Below the pieces are notes generated by a model. That model had not been told where the DNA came from. It saw only the letters and a program-made list of their open reading frames with translations, and did no database searches. Source: a virus (lineage: Duplodnaviria > Caudoviricetes). Taken from it: a DNA stretch of 64,000 bases. Below are positions 20,604 to 30,682 of this stretch, piece after piece (position 1 is the stretch's first letter; each line of letters opens with the position of its first letter). The stretch is taken from positions 8,708-72,707 of the IMG/VR virus record IMGVR_UViG_3300035498_000327. One strand, given 5' to 3'. The translations under genes were made by a program, and so were the position numbers.

Positions 20604-20770
20604 AGGGTACAATGCCGAGTCCCTTAACGAAGTTTTTCCATGATGAGTCTTTTTTCAAAAGGACAAATCCTCCGGACCTTGGACAAGTCCGGAGGATACC
20701 TCCCCTCCCTTCTCACACATTGCAATGTGACATTTAAGCCCGTGCACAATCTGGGTGCACGGGCCTATTT
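20603..20770 (+). ncRNA. candidate structured small RNA
   Basis: promoter, several hairpins, C/U-rich tract and terminator hairpin; no ORF. Confidence 0.4.
20738..20764. terminator. terminator hairpin
   Basis: GCCCGTGCAC / GTGCACGGGC. Confidence 0.7.
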
Positions 20771-20782
20771 GTCTTCTCTATC

Positions 20783-21187
20783 TTATTTGGCTTTCCGCTG
20801 AGCCTTAATGTAATCCTTCTGAGCAATCTTGGAGATCTTGCTGGCCTTGTTGCCGTACTTCTGCATGATCTTTGCGATAAACTCCTTTTCTTTCTTTCTG
20901 TTCTTAACCAGCTTAGTCCACAGAGGATCTTTGTTCTGCTTAGCCAGCTCGAATGCTGTCAGCTTTTCCCTACGTTTCAGGTCGTCTGCCTTTCCCAATC
21001 TCATCAAGGTAGGTTTCTTGAAAACACCTTTCTCCATAAGGGCCTGCGCCTCTGCTGACTCACAGAACTCCTTAATCTGTTCCTCGGAACCTCGTGAAAT
21101 GTCATCGTATAAGAACTTCTCTACAAGAGCCGAAAGATCAACACCCTCGGTCATAGAACCGATCACGTCACTACCAAAAATACTCAT
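20783..21187 (-). CDS. small basic probable virion protein
   Basis: 134 aa, AAAGGAGG RBS, late promoter. Confidence 0.65.
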   Translation of the reverse strand: MSIFGSDVIGSMTEGVDLSALVEKFLYDDISRGSEEQIKEFCESAEAQALMEKGVFKKPTLMRLGKADDLKRREKLTAFELAKQNKDPLWTKLVKNRKKEKEFIAKIMQKYGNKASKISKIAQKDYIKAQRKAK

Positions 21188-21242
21188 AGTATGTTTCCTC
21201 CTTTAAGAATTTTATATTTGTGAGCTTTATAAGCTCTTGATT

Positions 21243-21254
21243 TACAGTAATGTT
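21243..21254 (-). promoter_or_regulatory. late promoter AACA-N6-TA
   Basis: reverse strand AACA TTACTG TA(A). Confidence 0.65.
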
Positions 21255-21364
21255 AAAAAGCCACCATATTCAGTGGAATCTTATATCTTCTGCGACATCC
21301 AAGTAATACTGTGAAAGGAGATATACTATAGATACGATAATATAAAGAAAGGAGAGTACCAAAT

Positions 21365-24300
21365 ATGATACTTACAGAGAGTAACACAATAGCAGCATAT
21401 AAGAAAAGTATGTCTGATTGTGTTAGATTGTTTATGCCTTATGTATCAGAAGAAGACTTAAGTAATGTACTAGATTACTCAGTACAGAAGCGCTTCAGAG
21501 ATGCAAATTGTAAGGTGGTCAACTCATATACGAATAAGACTGCCGACATGACACTCTTAGCAGTGTCGGACTATATAATGAAGAGAGAGCCTATAGTCAC
21601 AGCATACGGTACTATGTTTAGACATCATGGAACTGTGCCTAATCCATTAGCAGCTGTAGTGCAAGGCTTTCTTGACAAACGTTCAGAAGATAAAGCAATG
21701 ATGTTTAAATTTCCAAAAGGTTCAGAGGATTTTGAGAAGTATAACCTGCTACAGTCCTTAACTAAAAAGGTCCAGGGACATATGGGAAGTGATTCTCATA
21801 TACAAACTGTCTTAACGGCTGGAAAGCTCTAATGACTAAATAGCTACAACGTAATGAGAGATCATAAGCGTGAATGCGACCGAAAGGTAGAAAGAATATT
21901 TAGTATAAGTATATGGTGATAGTAAGCCTAAGTACTTGAATAATGAGTAATCAGCTTCTAAGTTTTAGTTGATTCAACTATTAAAAGATCAACGACTATC
22001 GAAAGGTAGACAACCATGCAGTAGAAATACGAAATAGAGTGTAGCTTAAATTTGGAATCTAGGTGGTTTGAGAATAAGGTATAGAGATATACACGAACTG
22101 AGTAGAGTAGAGCCTTATATAGGTTAGTATTAGAGTGAGATTAGCTCTATGTGAATCTATTAAATCGAAAGAGACAGTATCTCTGTGATATGGTAACAGT
22201 ATCACAGAGATAAAAATATAGTCTAAGTGTAAACGTGGACAAGATAGATGCCAACGGTATGAAGATAGATACAACTATTGAATTGCTGCCTGGGCTCGAA
22301 AGGGTCAAGTGATAAGACCAAGAAATTCTCTGGGACGGGCTAAAGATCTAAGTGCCTCTTATTGAGGAAGCGAAAGCGAAAAGTCTAAAGACTTAGATAT
22401 GGTATAAGGTGATAGTAAGCCTAAGTACTCTTCATCAAAATGCCCTACCAGCAGCCAGCCTAATGTGAGAGCATTAGTAGGTTCATCGACTAAGAATTTT
22501 TGGCGTCGGCTATCATTCATGATAGTTTTCTGTAGGGTACAAGCGTATCCGAAACCTGGTCTACCTAAGTGAGCTTAGGCTCATATGGTAAAGATATAGT
22601 CAGTGCTAACGAGAAATACGTTAGAAGGTTAGATAGTAGCGCATCTAATCGCAACACAACAGATTTATGGCGTACTAGGTATGTATACAAGTCTAGTATA
22701 CAATATCAATACAGCAACTAGTATTACATCACAAGGTAGAAGCCTTGTATCTTCTATGACAATGTTCTTCGAGAGCTTCTTAGCGAACAATGTGAAGTTT
22801 GGAAGCATAAACGAAGTTCTTACTTTTATCAATAACGTGAAGAGTGAGAGGCCTAATAGGAAGTATAACGATTGGGTCGTATTAGACAATCCTAATATAT
22901 CTGTAGCAGACTGTTTTGTTAAGGTAGTAATGAGCTGTGGATATAGATGGATTCCAGATGATAATGAGTTAGAGATTATCTGGCAGGCTATACAGAACTT
23001 ATGTCAGGAAGACATTAACAGGGTATACTATAAGAACAACTTGTATGAGTTTATGGAAAACAGTACACTGAGGAGAGCTGTAAAAACTATTATGCTTAGT
23101 CTTAAGGAGCCATTCATGAATCCTAATAAGCCTCCGAAGAATGTGATTCCTATGCTCGATGAGTTGACTGAGCTGATGAGAGAGTATGTATACTATCGGT
23201 ATATGTATATAGACAGAATAGACAGATGTGATAATATGATCAAGTCTGTTACTCTTGTGTCCGATACAGATAGTACTATTATATCTCTTGATGCTTGGTA
23301 TAGGTATAACCTTGAGCATCTTAAGGATGTAGACTTCCCTATCAAGAAGATAGTAGAAGATCCAATATACCAGATAGAAAGAGATGAGTTTGGAGATATT
23401 GTTGATAAGAACTATCTGAATCCAATAGAAGAAATAGAGGTGAAGTACGATTACGATTTCTTCTCAGATGAGTTGATTGAGCTGGAGCATACTACAAATC
23501 CATTAGTAGTATTACCTCAGGACAATATACGGCATAGTATTCTCAATATACTGGCTTATGTATTAGATAAGCTAGTGAATGATTATATGATGAAGTATTG
23601 TTTCAATAACAACTCATACAGAAATGATGAGATTAGAAAGTGTAAGATCATAGCTAAGAATGAGTTTCTCATGAAGCGACTTCTAATGACACCTGTTAAG
23701 AAGTCTTACGCAACGTTGCAAGAGGTGCAAGAAGGTAATCTGGTACCACAAGATAAGCAGCTTGATATCAAAGGTATTGCTTCTATGGCTAAATCTAGTA
23801 TGGCTGAGAGTACTAGACATGCACTTAAGAAGATATTGTATGAGGATATCATGAATACTCCAGTGATAGATCAGTTCAAGATAATAAAGCATGTTGCTAT
23901 ACTGGAGAAGCAGATAATCAATTCCTTGTATGATGGGTCTAAGGAGTTCTATAGACCAGTAACAATCAAGTCAATGTCTTCATACTCAGATCCAATGAGG
24001 ATTCAAGGTATCAAAGCATCTGTTGTATGGAATGCCTTAAAGGATGAAGCATTGCCAGCCATCAATCTTGATGAAAGGAATGCTGTAGATATAGCTAAGG
24101 TTAAGATAACACCTAATACATTGCTGGAAATCAAAGAGAAGCATCCAGAGGTGTATGAGAAGGCTTCAGAGTTACTTAAAGAGAAAGCTTTCAAAGGTTG
24201 TATAGACAGTATAGCTATTCCATTAGACACAGAAGTGCCAGAGTGGTTACTTGATCTTCTTGACTACAATACAATCGTAAATGATAACGTGGGTGGTTTC

Positions 24301-24372
24301 GTTTACGATAGCGTAGGTATAAAGAGGTTCGGAAGAACAAGGGTAAACTATACAAACATCTTACAATTATAA
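21365..24372 (+). CDS. family B DNA polymerase, polymerase portion; spliced, exons 21365-21758, 22236-22258, 22663-24372 (708 aa)
   Basis: splicing restores motif B QSLDKIDANGIYG (KxxxNxxYG); motif C SDTDS in exon 3. Confidence 0.85.
21759..22235 (+). mobile_element. group I intron, 477 nt, no homing endonuclease ORF
   Basis: 5' exon ends in U, intron ends in G; P1 GTCCT/GGGAC; P10 GTCCA/TGGAC; P7 GACTA 21994 / TAGTC 22219. Confidence 0.9.
22259..22662 (+). mobile_element. group I intron, 404 nt, no homing endonuclease ORF
   Basis: exon ends GGT, intron ends ...CAACAG; P7 GACTA 22488 / AAGATATAGTC 22591-22601; removal restores the frame. Confidence 0.85.
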
Positions 24373-24386
24373 GGAGGATATAAGAA

Positions 24387-24722
24387 ATGGTATATAAAAT
24401 AATTACATTATGTGGGTCAGCAAAGTTTAGAGACAAGGTTCCTGAGATATTCAAGGAATTGACTAAGCAGAAGTATATTGTTATTACTCCATACTTCTTT
24501 GGCCCTAATGAGCAAGATGAATTAGAGCCTATATTAGAGGATCTTGAATACATGCATTTCCAGCGTATAGATATGGCTGATGCTTGCTTTGTAGTCAACC
24601 CAGATGGTTATATAGGTAAGAGTACTCTTATAGAAATTAAGTGGGCATATGCTCATGGTAAAAAAGTATTTTACCTTTCCGAGTATCCGGATATGATAAT
24701 ACCTGAGGAAGCATGGAATTAG
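24387..24722 (+). CDS. nucleoside 2-deoxyribosyltransferase-like (DUF4406-type) protein
   Basis: ITLCGS...IDMADACFVVNPDGYIGKSTLIEI pattern. Confidence 0.6.
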   Translation: MVYKIITLCGSAKFRDKVPEIFKELTKQKYIVITPYFFGPNEQDELEPILEDLEYMHFQRIDMADACFVVNPDGYIGKSTLIEIKWAYAHGKKVFYLSEYPDMIIPEEAWN

Positions 24723-24775
24723 GTGTAGATATAAGGATCTATCAGTTTTCGTACATTTAGAGTAAGGGAGGTGGA

Positions 24776-24787
24776 AACATTAAAGTA
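24776..24787 (+). promoter_or_regulatory. late-type promoter AACA-N6-TA
   Basis: AACA TTAAAG TA(A). Confidence 0.45.
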
Positions 24788-24950
24788 AAATCGTGATAAG
24801 ACATCAAATCGATGAAAGAAAATACTTCTTTTGATCGATCTGTTTATATAGAGATCTGCGGCCTGCAGTGGTTTTGACATAATGTACTAGTAGAGTATTA
24901 ATCACTTATAATAGTGATATACTATATAAATGCATGAAAGGAGATTTTTC

Positions 24951-25109
24951 ATGGCCAAAGAAATTGGTTTGATTTGTGAGCAGGGTGATATGGGGCTTTT
25001 CTATGATCCGCTGAATGAATCTGACCGGAAACTTTATGAACAGCAGAGAAAACAGAAGGAAAAAGGACATAAGTCCAACTCTGCAAGTAACGAGAGTGGT
25101 AAGCGGTAG
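24951..25109 (+). CDS. 52-aa small protein (MAKEIGLICEQGDMGLFYDPL...)
   Basis: read manually; AAAGGAG RBS; ATATACTATA at 24917-24926. Confidence 0.55.
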   Translation: MAKEIGLICEQGDMGLFYDPLNESDRKLYEQQRKQKEKGHKSNSASNESGKR

Positions 25110-25153
25110 TAATACTGCTTACCATTTTTTGATTGTCGAGGAGGTTAAATATC

Positions 25154-26041
25154 ATGACAACAGAAATGCAACCAAGAAACAATAGCACTATTGGGGAAAT
25201 CAGTAGTAAGCAGGAGGCACGATACAGAAGAAACATGTTCATCATGAAGATTCTGTGTGCTTTCTGCTTACTCGCAGCAGCTTTAGTCATCATGAATGAC
25301 AGAGACACAACAAAGCAACTTTTAGAAGCACAGGCTAAGTATGATGAACTCCTGTCAGAAAAAGAGGCCTTGACTTCTGACTACAATGAGCTTTATGAAA
25401 CATATGAAGCTATGTACTCCGACTACACTAGTAGTTTGGAGTACGTTTCACAGTGTGAAACAACAATTCAACAGCTTAATGAGGTTGTTGATGAGCTTGA
25501 TGAGCAGGCTAAAAGCTTAGCTACATCAAACGAGGAGTACTATCAGACAATCCAACAATATGAACAAAGGGAAGAGCTATTCGACAAATACGAATACGCT
25601 ATAGAGAGAACTAACGGGACACGTACTGATATTACTTATGAACAATTGATCAATCTTGAAGAGTTAACAGCGGAAAAGAATGTTGACACAGACCTGGTAC
25701 TCTCAATATGTATGGTTGAGAGCAATGGCATCGAGGATGCCAAGAATCCTATATCTACAGCAAGAGGCTATGGACAGTTCCTTGCAAGCAGTGGTAAATA
25801 TGTTTACGAAGATATTATGGAAGCCGGTGTATATGATCATAGTTATGCATTAAACGGAGACACGAATTTTACAATGATGGTATATTACTTAGACTACCTT
25901 GAAGATAAGTTTAGTGGCAATCTGTATAAGTGCATAGAGTTCTACCGAGGACGAGATGGGGAGATACTTGAAGATTACATGGAAAAGATAAACAGTTTTC
26001 TAAACAACAGTAGCAAGAGCATAGCTTCATTGAACTCTTGA
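25154..26041 (+). CDS. membrane-anchored lytic transglycosylase (SLT-like)
   Basis: N-terminal TM helix, coiled coil, ICMVESNG catalytic Glu and ARGYGQF. Confidence 0.8.
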   Translation: MTTEMQPRNNSTIGEISSKQEARYRRNMFIMKILCAFCLLAAALVIMNDRDTTKQLLEAQAKYDELLSEKEALTSDYNELYETYEAMYSDYTSSLEYVSQCETTIQQLNEVVDELDEQAKSLATSNEEYYQTIQQYEQREELFDKYEYAIERTNGTRTDITYEQLINLEELTAEKNVDTDLVLSICMVESNGIEDAKNPISTARGYGQFLASSGKYVYEDIMEAGVYDHSYALNGDTNFTMMVYYLDYLEDKFSGNLYKCIEFYRGRDGEILEDYMEKINSFLNNSSKSIASLNS

Positions 26042-26207
26042 CGTCGTCGGTGTTTGTATATATAAACACATAAGGAGTAAAGGAGGAATGTAGTTTATAG
26101 TTCCAACTGAATAGTGTGATATATTGGCCGAAGGTGTTATAATAGTACACCTTCGGCTTTTATATGATAGAATAAAAATTTTTATATCCAAAAGGAGGAC
26201 AAAGACA

Positions 26208-27365
26208 ATGAATGAAAACATGAAAGCACTGATTATCGGTGTAGGAGCAGCAGGAAACAAGGCAGTGCTCACAGTACAGCAGATGAATGCGGAGATCGCG
26301 TTAGAAGATATCATCCTTGTAAACAGTACACCAAAAGATATACCAGCTGATTTTGCTGGTACCAGCATTATCATCAGCCCAGATGATTCTGGCTGTGGTA
26401 AAGAAAGAACCATTGCTAAAGAGTTTACCCTTACAGCAATCCAGTCCGGTAAGTTTGACATCGCAGAGAAGGTAGAGAGTTATGATATAATCATCATTGT
26501 AACCTCACTTGAAGGCGGTACTGGATCTGGTTCTGCTCCTATAATTGCGAAGTACTGCAATGAGGTACTTGGCAAGAATACTCACCTTATCGGATTCACT
26601 GGATTCGAGGAAGACGCCAGAGGCTTACAGAATACAGTAGAGTTCTTCCAGGAAGTAGGTAGCAATATCATGGTTCAGTGTATCCAGAATAAGTCTTTCC
26701 TTAAGAGCTGTGGAGGAAGCAAGTTCAAGGCAGAGCAGGCAGCAAACCGTGAGCTGGCAAACAGAATCAGAATCCTGGATGGAAGTTTATTAAGAGCCTC
26801 CGAGCAGAATATTGATTCTACAGATATCTACAAGGTGGTGAACACTAATGGTTATATGACCATTGAGTCCGAGACAATCAAGGGTTCTCTTGATGATGTC
26901 TCTAACTTCAACAAGCTTTGTGAGATGATGATCTACAATAGTAAATCTCTCAAGAGCTCTGATCCTGGTCAGGTACGTATGGCTGTTATCATGAATATCA
27001 GCCCTGTATCTGAAGACTTTATCGACAGTAACTTTACACTGTTGAAAGATGCATATGGATATCCTTATGAGTGCTTCATGCATAAACAGTATGATGAATC
27101 TCAGCCGGAGTACATAGCTTTCATCTCTTCTGGACAGAAGATGCCATTAGATGAGGTTAAAGCAATATACGACAGATACGTTGAAGAGTCTAGTAAGGTC
27201 AGCAGATCTAACGACAAGTTCTTCGACGAAGTAGCCGGATTTAAAGGAAACAAGGACGATAACAAATTTAATATGGGTCGTCCTACTCAGAAGACCACAG
27301 TAAATAAAGCGGATTTCATGAAGCAGTTCCAGACGAAACCGACGAAAAACGAAAAGAAGGGATAA
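26208..27365 (+). CDS. tubulin/FtsZ-family GTPase (PhuZ/TubZ-like)
   Basis: IGVGAAGNK and LEGGTGSG signature; start MNENMK after AAAGGAGG. Confidence 0.9.
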   Translation: MNENMKALIIGVGAAGNKAVLTVQQMNAEIALEDIILVNSTPKDIPADFAGTSIIISPDDSGCGKERTIAKEFTLTAIQSGKFDIAEKVESYDIIIIVTSLEGGTGSGSAPIIAKYCNEVLGKNTHLIGFTGFEEDARGLQNTVEFFQEVGSNIMVQCIQNKSFLKSCGGSKFKAEQAANRELANRIRILDGSLLRASEQNIDSTDIYKVVNTNGYMTIESETIKGSLDDVSNFNKLCEMMIYNSKSLKSSDPGQVRMAVIMNISPVSEDFIDSNFTLLKDAYGYPYECFMHKQYDESQPEYIAFISSGQKMPLDEVKAIYDRYVEESSKVSRSNDKFFDEVAGFKGNKDDNKFNMGRPTQKTTVNKADFMKQFQTKPTKNEKKG

Positions 27366-27368
27366 GAT

Positions 27369-28244
27369 ATGTTCCAGAGCTTAAGGAGAGACTCAGTGCA
27401 GCAATGTGCTGAGTCTCCAAAGATAATGCCTAAGTTTACAAGTGTGGAGTACACAATGGCAACTCTATTGGATAAGTTGAAGAATATCAATGCGTTGACG
27501 GATAAGGATATCCAGGATATCATTTATCGTCAATACGATACGATTCTCAACTACGATTTATTTTTAGCAAGCAGCGAGTCTAGAGCTGTAGCTCAAGAGT
27601 TGTTTACTAATGAGAGGTTCTTGAATAGCTTGATTGTATGTGTTCCTAACTTGAATCTTAATGAACACCAGATCATATGTTGCAACAAGCTTGCTTATGA
27701 CTATATCGCATTACACTCGGCTACAGACTGTAATCAGGTTATAAGAGACCTGCTTATGGAACTTAGCTTTAGAGTAAACCTTAAGACAGTACTAGCTCTA
27801 TCAGCTATCATAGGGTTAGATAACGCAAAGTACTTAGCTATGCTAAGGAAGTCATCTTTCAGGGAAGACAAGAATGTAAAGAGAGTCAATAGATTCTTGA
27901 TTATGTCTGGTCTTGAGTTACTTGAGCAGAATATGATAGACATATACTGCAAGATGTTTGATAGCATTTCAATCTTATTCACGACAACAATGTTTAGCTT
28001 ACCAGAGCCTAATTACACAAAATTAGAGCTTATTAGATACGAAGAAATGTCAAAAGCAATGATTGACATGATAGACAGTATGCCTAGTGTAGAAATTAAG
28101 GCTGTACTGTCTAATTACGCAAGTTCATACTCTATAAATGGAGAGCCTCCTATAAGATTCAGTATGAGAAACATACATCAGTCTTATGTGAGAATCAATA
28201 GAGTGATAAGTGAACTACTCGATGATGGGATTATTGTACCATAA
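27369..28244 (+). CDS. hypothetical protein co-transcribed with tubulin
   Basis: 291-aa ORF 3 nt downstream. Confidence 0.7.
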   Translation: MFQSLRRDSVQQCAESPKIMPKFTSVEYTMATLLDKLKNINALTDKDIQDIIYRQYDTILNYDLFLASSESRAVAQELFTNERFLNSLIVCVPNLNLNEHQIICCNKLAYDYIALHSATDCNQVIRDLLMELSFRVNLKTVLALSAIIGLDNAKYLAMLRKSSFREDKNVKRVNRFLIMSGLELLEQNMIDIYCKMFDSISILFTTTMFSLPEPNYTKLELIRYEEMSKAMIDMIDSMPSVEIKAVLSNYASSYSINGEPPIRFSMRNIHQSYVRINRVISELLDDGIIVP

Positions 28245-28297
28245 AGAGAGGGTAGGGGCAATCCCACCCTCCCCTTTAGTCAGTTTTCTTACTCCAG

Positions 28298-28309
28298 AAC
28301 ACTATAATA
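28298..28309 (+). promoter_or_regulatory. late promoter AACA-N6-TA
   Basis: AACA CTATAA TA(A). Confidence 0.65.
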
Positions 28310-28336
28310 ATTACAGTTAGAAGGAGGAAGGATACC

Positions 28337-29521
28337 ATGAATTATGATAAGGTCACCTCAGTCATAGTTAATAAGCTGTACCCTAAGGTAGAAGCTTCTT
28401 TAGATAAAAACGCTAATGCTTTGAAAAAGGTTATATCTAACTTCATTAACAAGAACTACGATCTGTTGTATGCTACTGCACCATATGACAGAATATACTT
28501 TAATCAGAACGATATTGATGCTATCTTTGGAGCATTGAAGTTCACTGAGAAGGAGGCTATAGATATCCTAGAGGAGACATTCTTCTGGGAATTACCTTAT
28601 AACCCTCAGTGTGCAAAGGAACCATACGTGGAAGTGCTACTCATGAGTATAAGATACATGCTTAAGAAAGGTAGACAGAAAGATGCAGAGTTAGTAACGA
28701 TCTATCTCGCATTCTCTGGTAAGTTCTATTCTTCTGTGCATGGTCTTATGTTCCCATTAGCGCCTCCATCTAAGTACCCAGCAGTAATGGACTATGTAGT
28801 AAACAATATGCTTACTGAGAAATTTGACCTGAGGAAGTATGGAACTGTATTTGGAGCTATAAGATCTCTATGTATTACATGGTTGAATACGTATGCTAGT
28901 GAGCTTAAGGGTAAGCCGGATGATGAGCGCTGTGGTAAGCTACTTCAGCAGTTACGTGATAGAGAGCGTTCATTCATGTACAATATCAAAGACCTCTACT
29001 ATGAGGCATATCATAACAAGTTGTACTTGAACTATGAGACAGACAATTTGGAAAGTGGTGCCGAGTTCAGAATCACTGACAACGATGCTCAGAAGGCAGC
29101 TAGATATACTGAGAATGCAGTAAACTATCTTGTATCGAATGCTGTATCGTTGCAGATATGCAATAAGTGTAAGGACCAGAACATCAAAGCTACAGAGATC
29201 AAAGATATCATGGAAGCTATAGTGTCTAACAACGATAACCTTCCTGCATTAAGAAGGGTAATCAATATCCTTATCTGTGACTTCATGAGAAACTATAGTG
29301 GAAAGCCTATATCATCAGTGGAGTTCATATCACATAGTATCAAGGCTAAACCTAATACTAAGGATAAGTATATCATAGAGCTTAAGGAAACTATAGCTAG
29401 TTGGCTGGATGAAAACTCAGAGAACTACAGAAGACGTAAGAGCAGGATATCTACACAGAACTCTTACCAGAAAGCAATACTTATGTATATAGTACTGATT
29501 ATAAATCAGACATCGAAGTAA
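28337..29521 (+). CDS. hypothetical late protein
   Basis: 394 aa, RBS, late promoter. Confidence 0.7.
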   Translation: MNYDKVTSVIVNKLYPKVEASLDKNANALKKVISNFINKNYDLLYATAPYDRIYFNQNDIDAIFGALKFTEKEAIDILEETFFWELPYNPQCAKEPYVEVLLMSIRYMLKKGRQKDAELVTIYLAFSGKFYSSVHGLMFPLAPPSKYPAVMDYVVNNMLTEKFDLRKYGTVFGAIRSLCITWLNTYASELKGKPDDERCGKLLQQLRDRERSFMYNIKDLYYEAYHNKLYLNYETDNLESGAEFRITDNDAQKAARYTENAVNYLVSNAVSLQICNKCKDQNIKATEIKDIMEAIVSNNDNLPALRRVINILICDFMRNYSGKPISSVEFISHSIKAKPNTKDKYIIELKETIASWLDENSENYRRRKSRISTQNSYQKAILMYIVLIINQTSK

Positions 29522-29526
29522 GATAC

Positions 29527-30642
29527 GTGGAGGTGGTTTTTCATAATCACCTCCACTTCATTGTAATTAAACAAGGAGGAGAAGGTAATATGATAAAATT
29601 AAACGAGTATGGTAGATTGATAGAGCAATACTCATATACTTATATGCAAGGCAAACCTGTCATGATTAGTTATGATAAGTATAAGGAGGAATACAAGTCG
29701 ATTAATGAACCATTGAATAGTGAAAAGCATATATCAGTAGACGCTATAGGCAAAGAGACTTATTTGGTAGAAGCAACTACGTCTGATGGTAAGACAGCAT
29801 ATGATGTAACTGGTAAACCTCAGCTCTATATCAATATATTAGAGGATAACTCACATGATCATAAGCCTGATGACATAGTAGTCTATAGATATGATACAGC
29901 TGAAAACAAAGATAGAGAAACATACTATCTGAAGTTCAACTACTGTGGCAATAAGGTAGCTAATATAGCTGTTAACTATAAGAGAATAGCAGTTTATGAT
30001 AAGCACGATAAGAAGCTTATGGTCTTTGATATCACTGATGACGGAGCGATTGACTTTGGTCGTACTCATGAGAAGATATACTTTAAAGACTATGGTATTG
30101 TAGGTTCTACAGATGAGAAGGTATACTTTATAGATAATGATTACAACCAGTGGTCCTACTATATAAACGAAGACTATAGTTTTATAGAGCCGTTACAGCT
30201 AATGATTTATAAAGTTAATGGTCCATCCTTCGGCCATGACTTAAACCATGAAGAACTGTTATCTCAGTCTATAAGTTGTGGAGATCAACTAGAATGTATA
30301 GCACAGTATGATGCAGACGGCATGGTAAGAATGGTTTATGAAACTAGTAGTAATTGCCCTCTATCTATGTATGAGAAAGCAACTTATGAAGAAGGGAACA
30401 TCGAAAGTATGCATTGTGAACGTTCTGGATCTACTATTATATCAGTATATCCCACTATGCTCACAGAGAACCAAGACAACCTAAAGCACCAATTCTTATC
30501 ACTGTGGACTTATGATACATATTTCAAGGATACAGAAGGTAGACCAGAGCACTTTACCCGTCGGATATATCTGTTAGATAATCAAAAAAGAGACCAGTTG
30601 ATAGCAAATATTAGTTGTGCACGTATTTCGACCACAGACTAG
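29527..30642 (+). CDS. hypothetical beta-rich protein
   Basis: ORF; true start probably 29590 after AAGGAGGAG. Confidence 0.65.
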   Translation: MEVVFHNHLHFIVIKQGGEGNMIKLNEYGRLIEQYSYTYMQGKPVMISYDKYKEEYKSINEPLNSEKHISVDAIGKETYLVEATTSDGKTAYDVTGKPQLYINILEDNSHDHKPDDIVVYRYDTAENKDRETYYLKFNYCGNKVANIAVNYKRIAVYDKHDKKLMVFDITDDGAIDFGRTHEKIYFKDYGIVGSTDEKVYFIDNDYNQWSYYINEDYSFIEPLQLMIYKVNGPSFGHDLNHEELLSQSISCGDQLECIAQYDADGMVRMVYETSSNCPLSMYEKATYEEGNIESMHCERSGSTIISVYPTMLTENQDNLKHQFLSLWTYDTYFKDTEGRPEHFTRRIYLLDNQKRDQLIANISCARISTTD

Positions 30643-30649
30643 CAAAAGA

Positions 30650-30675
30650 GCCCATAGGAGTAAAATCCTATGGGC
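30650..30675. terminator. bidirectional terminator
   Basis: GCCCATAGGA / TCCTATGGGC between convergent genes. Confidence 0.65.
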
Positions 30676-30682
30676 CTTAAGT

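Noticed and set aside
21365-21832. Stand-alone 155-aa gene, and 22059-22274 (-) ORF
   Set aside because: The first is exon 1 running into intron 1; the second is an antisense frame inside the intron with no endonuclease motifs.
24722-24950. Possible second small RNA after the promoter at 24776
   Set aside because: Only weak, imperfect hairpins; it may simply be the leader of the 24951 gene.
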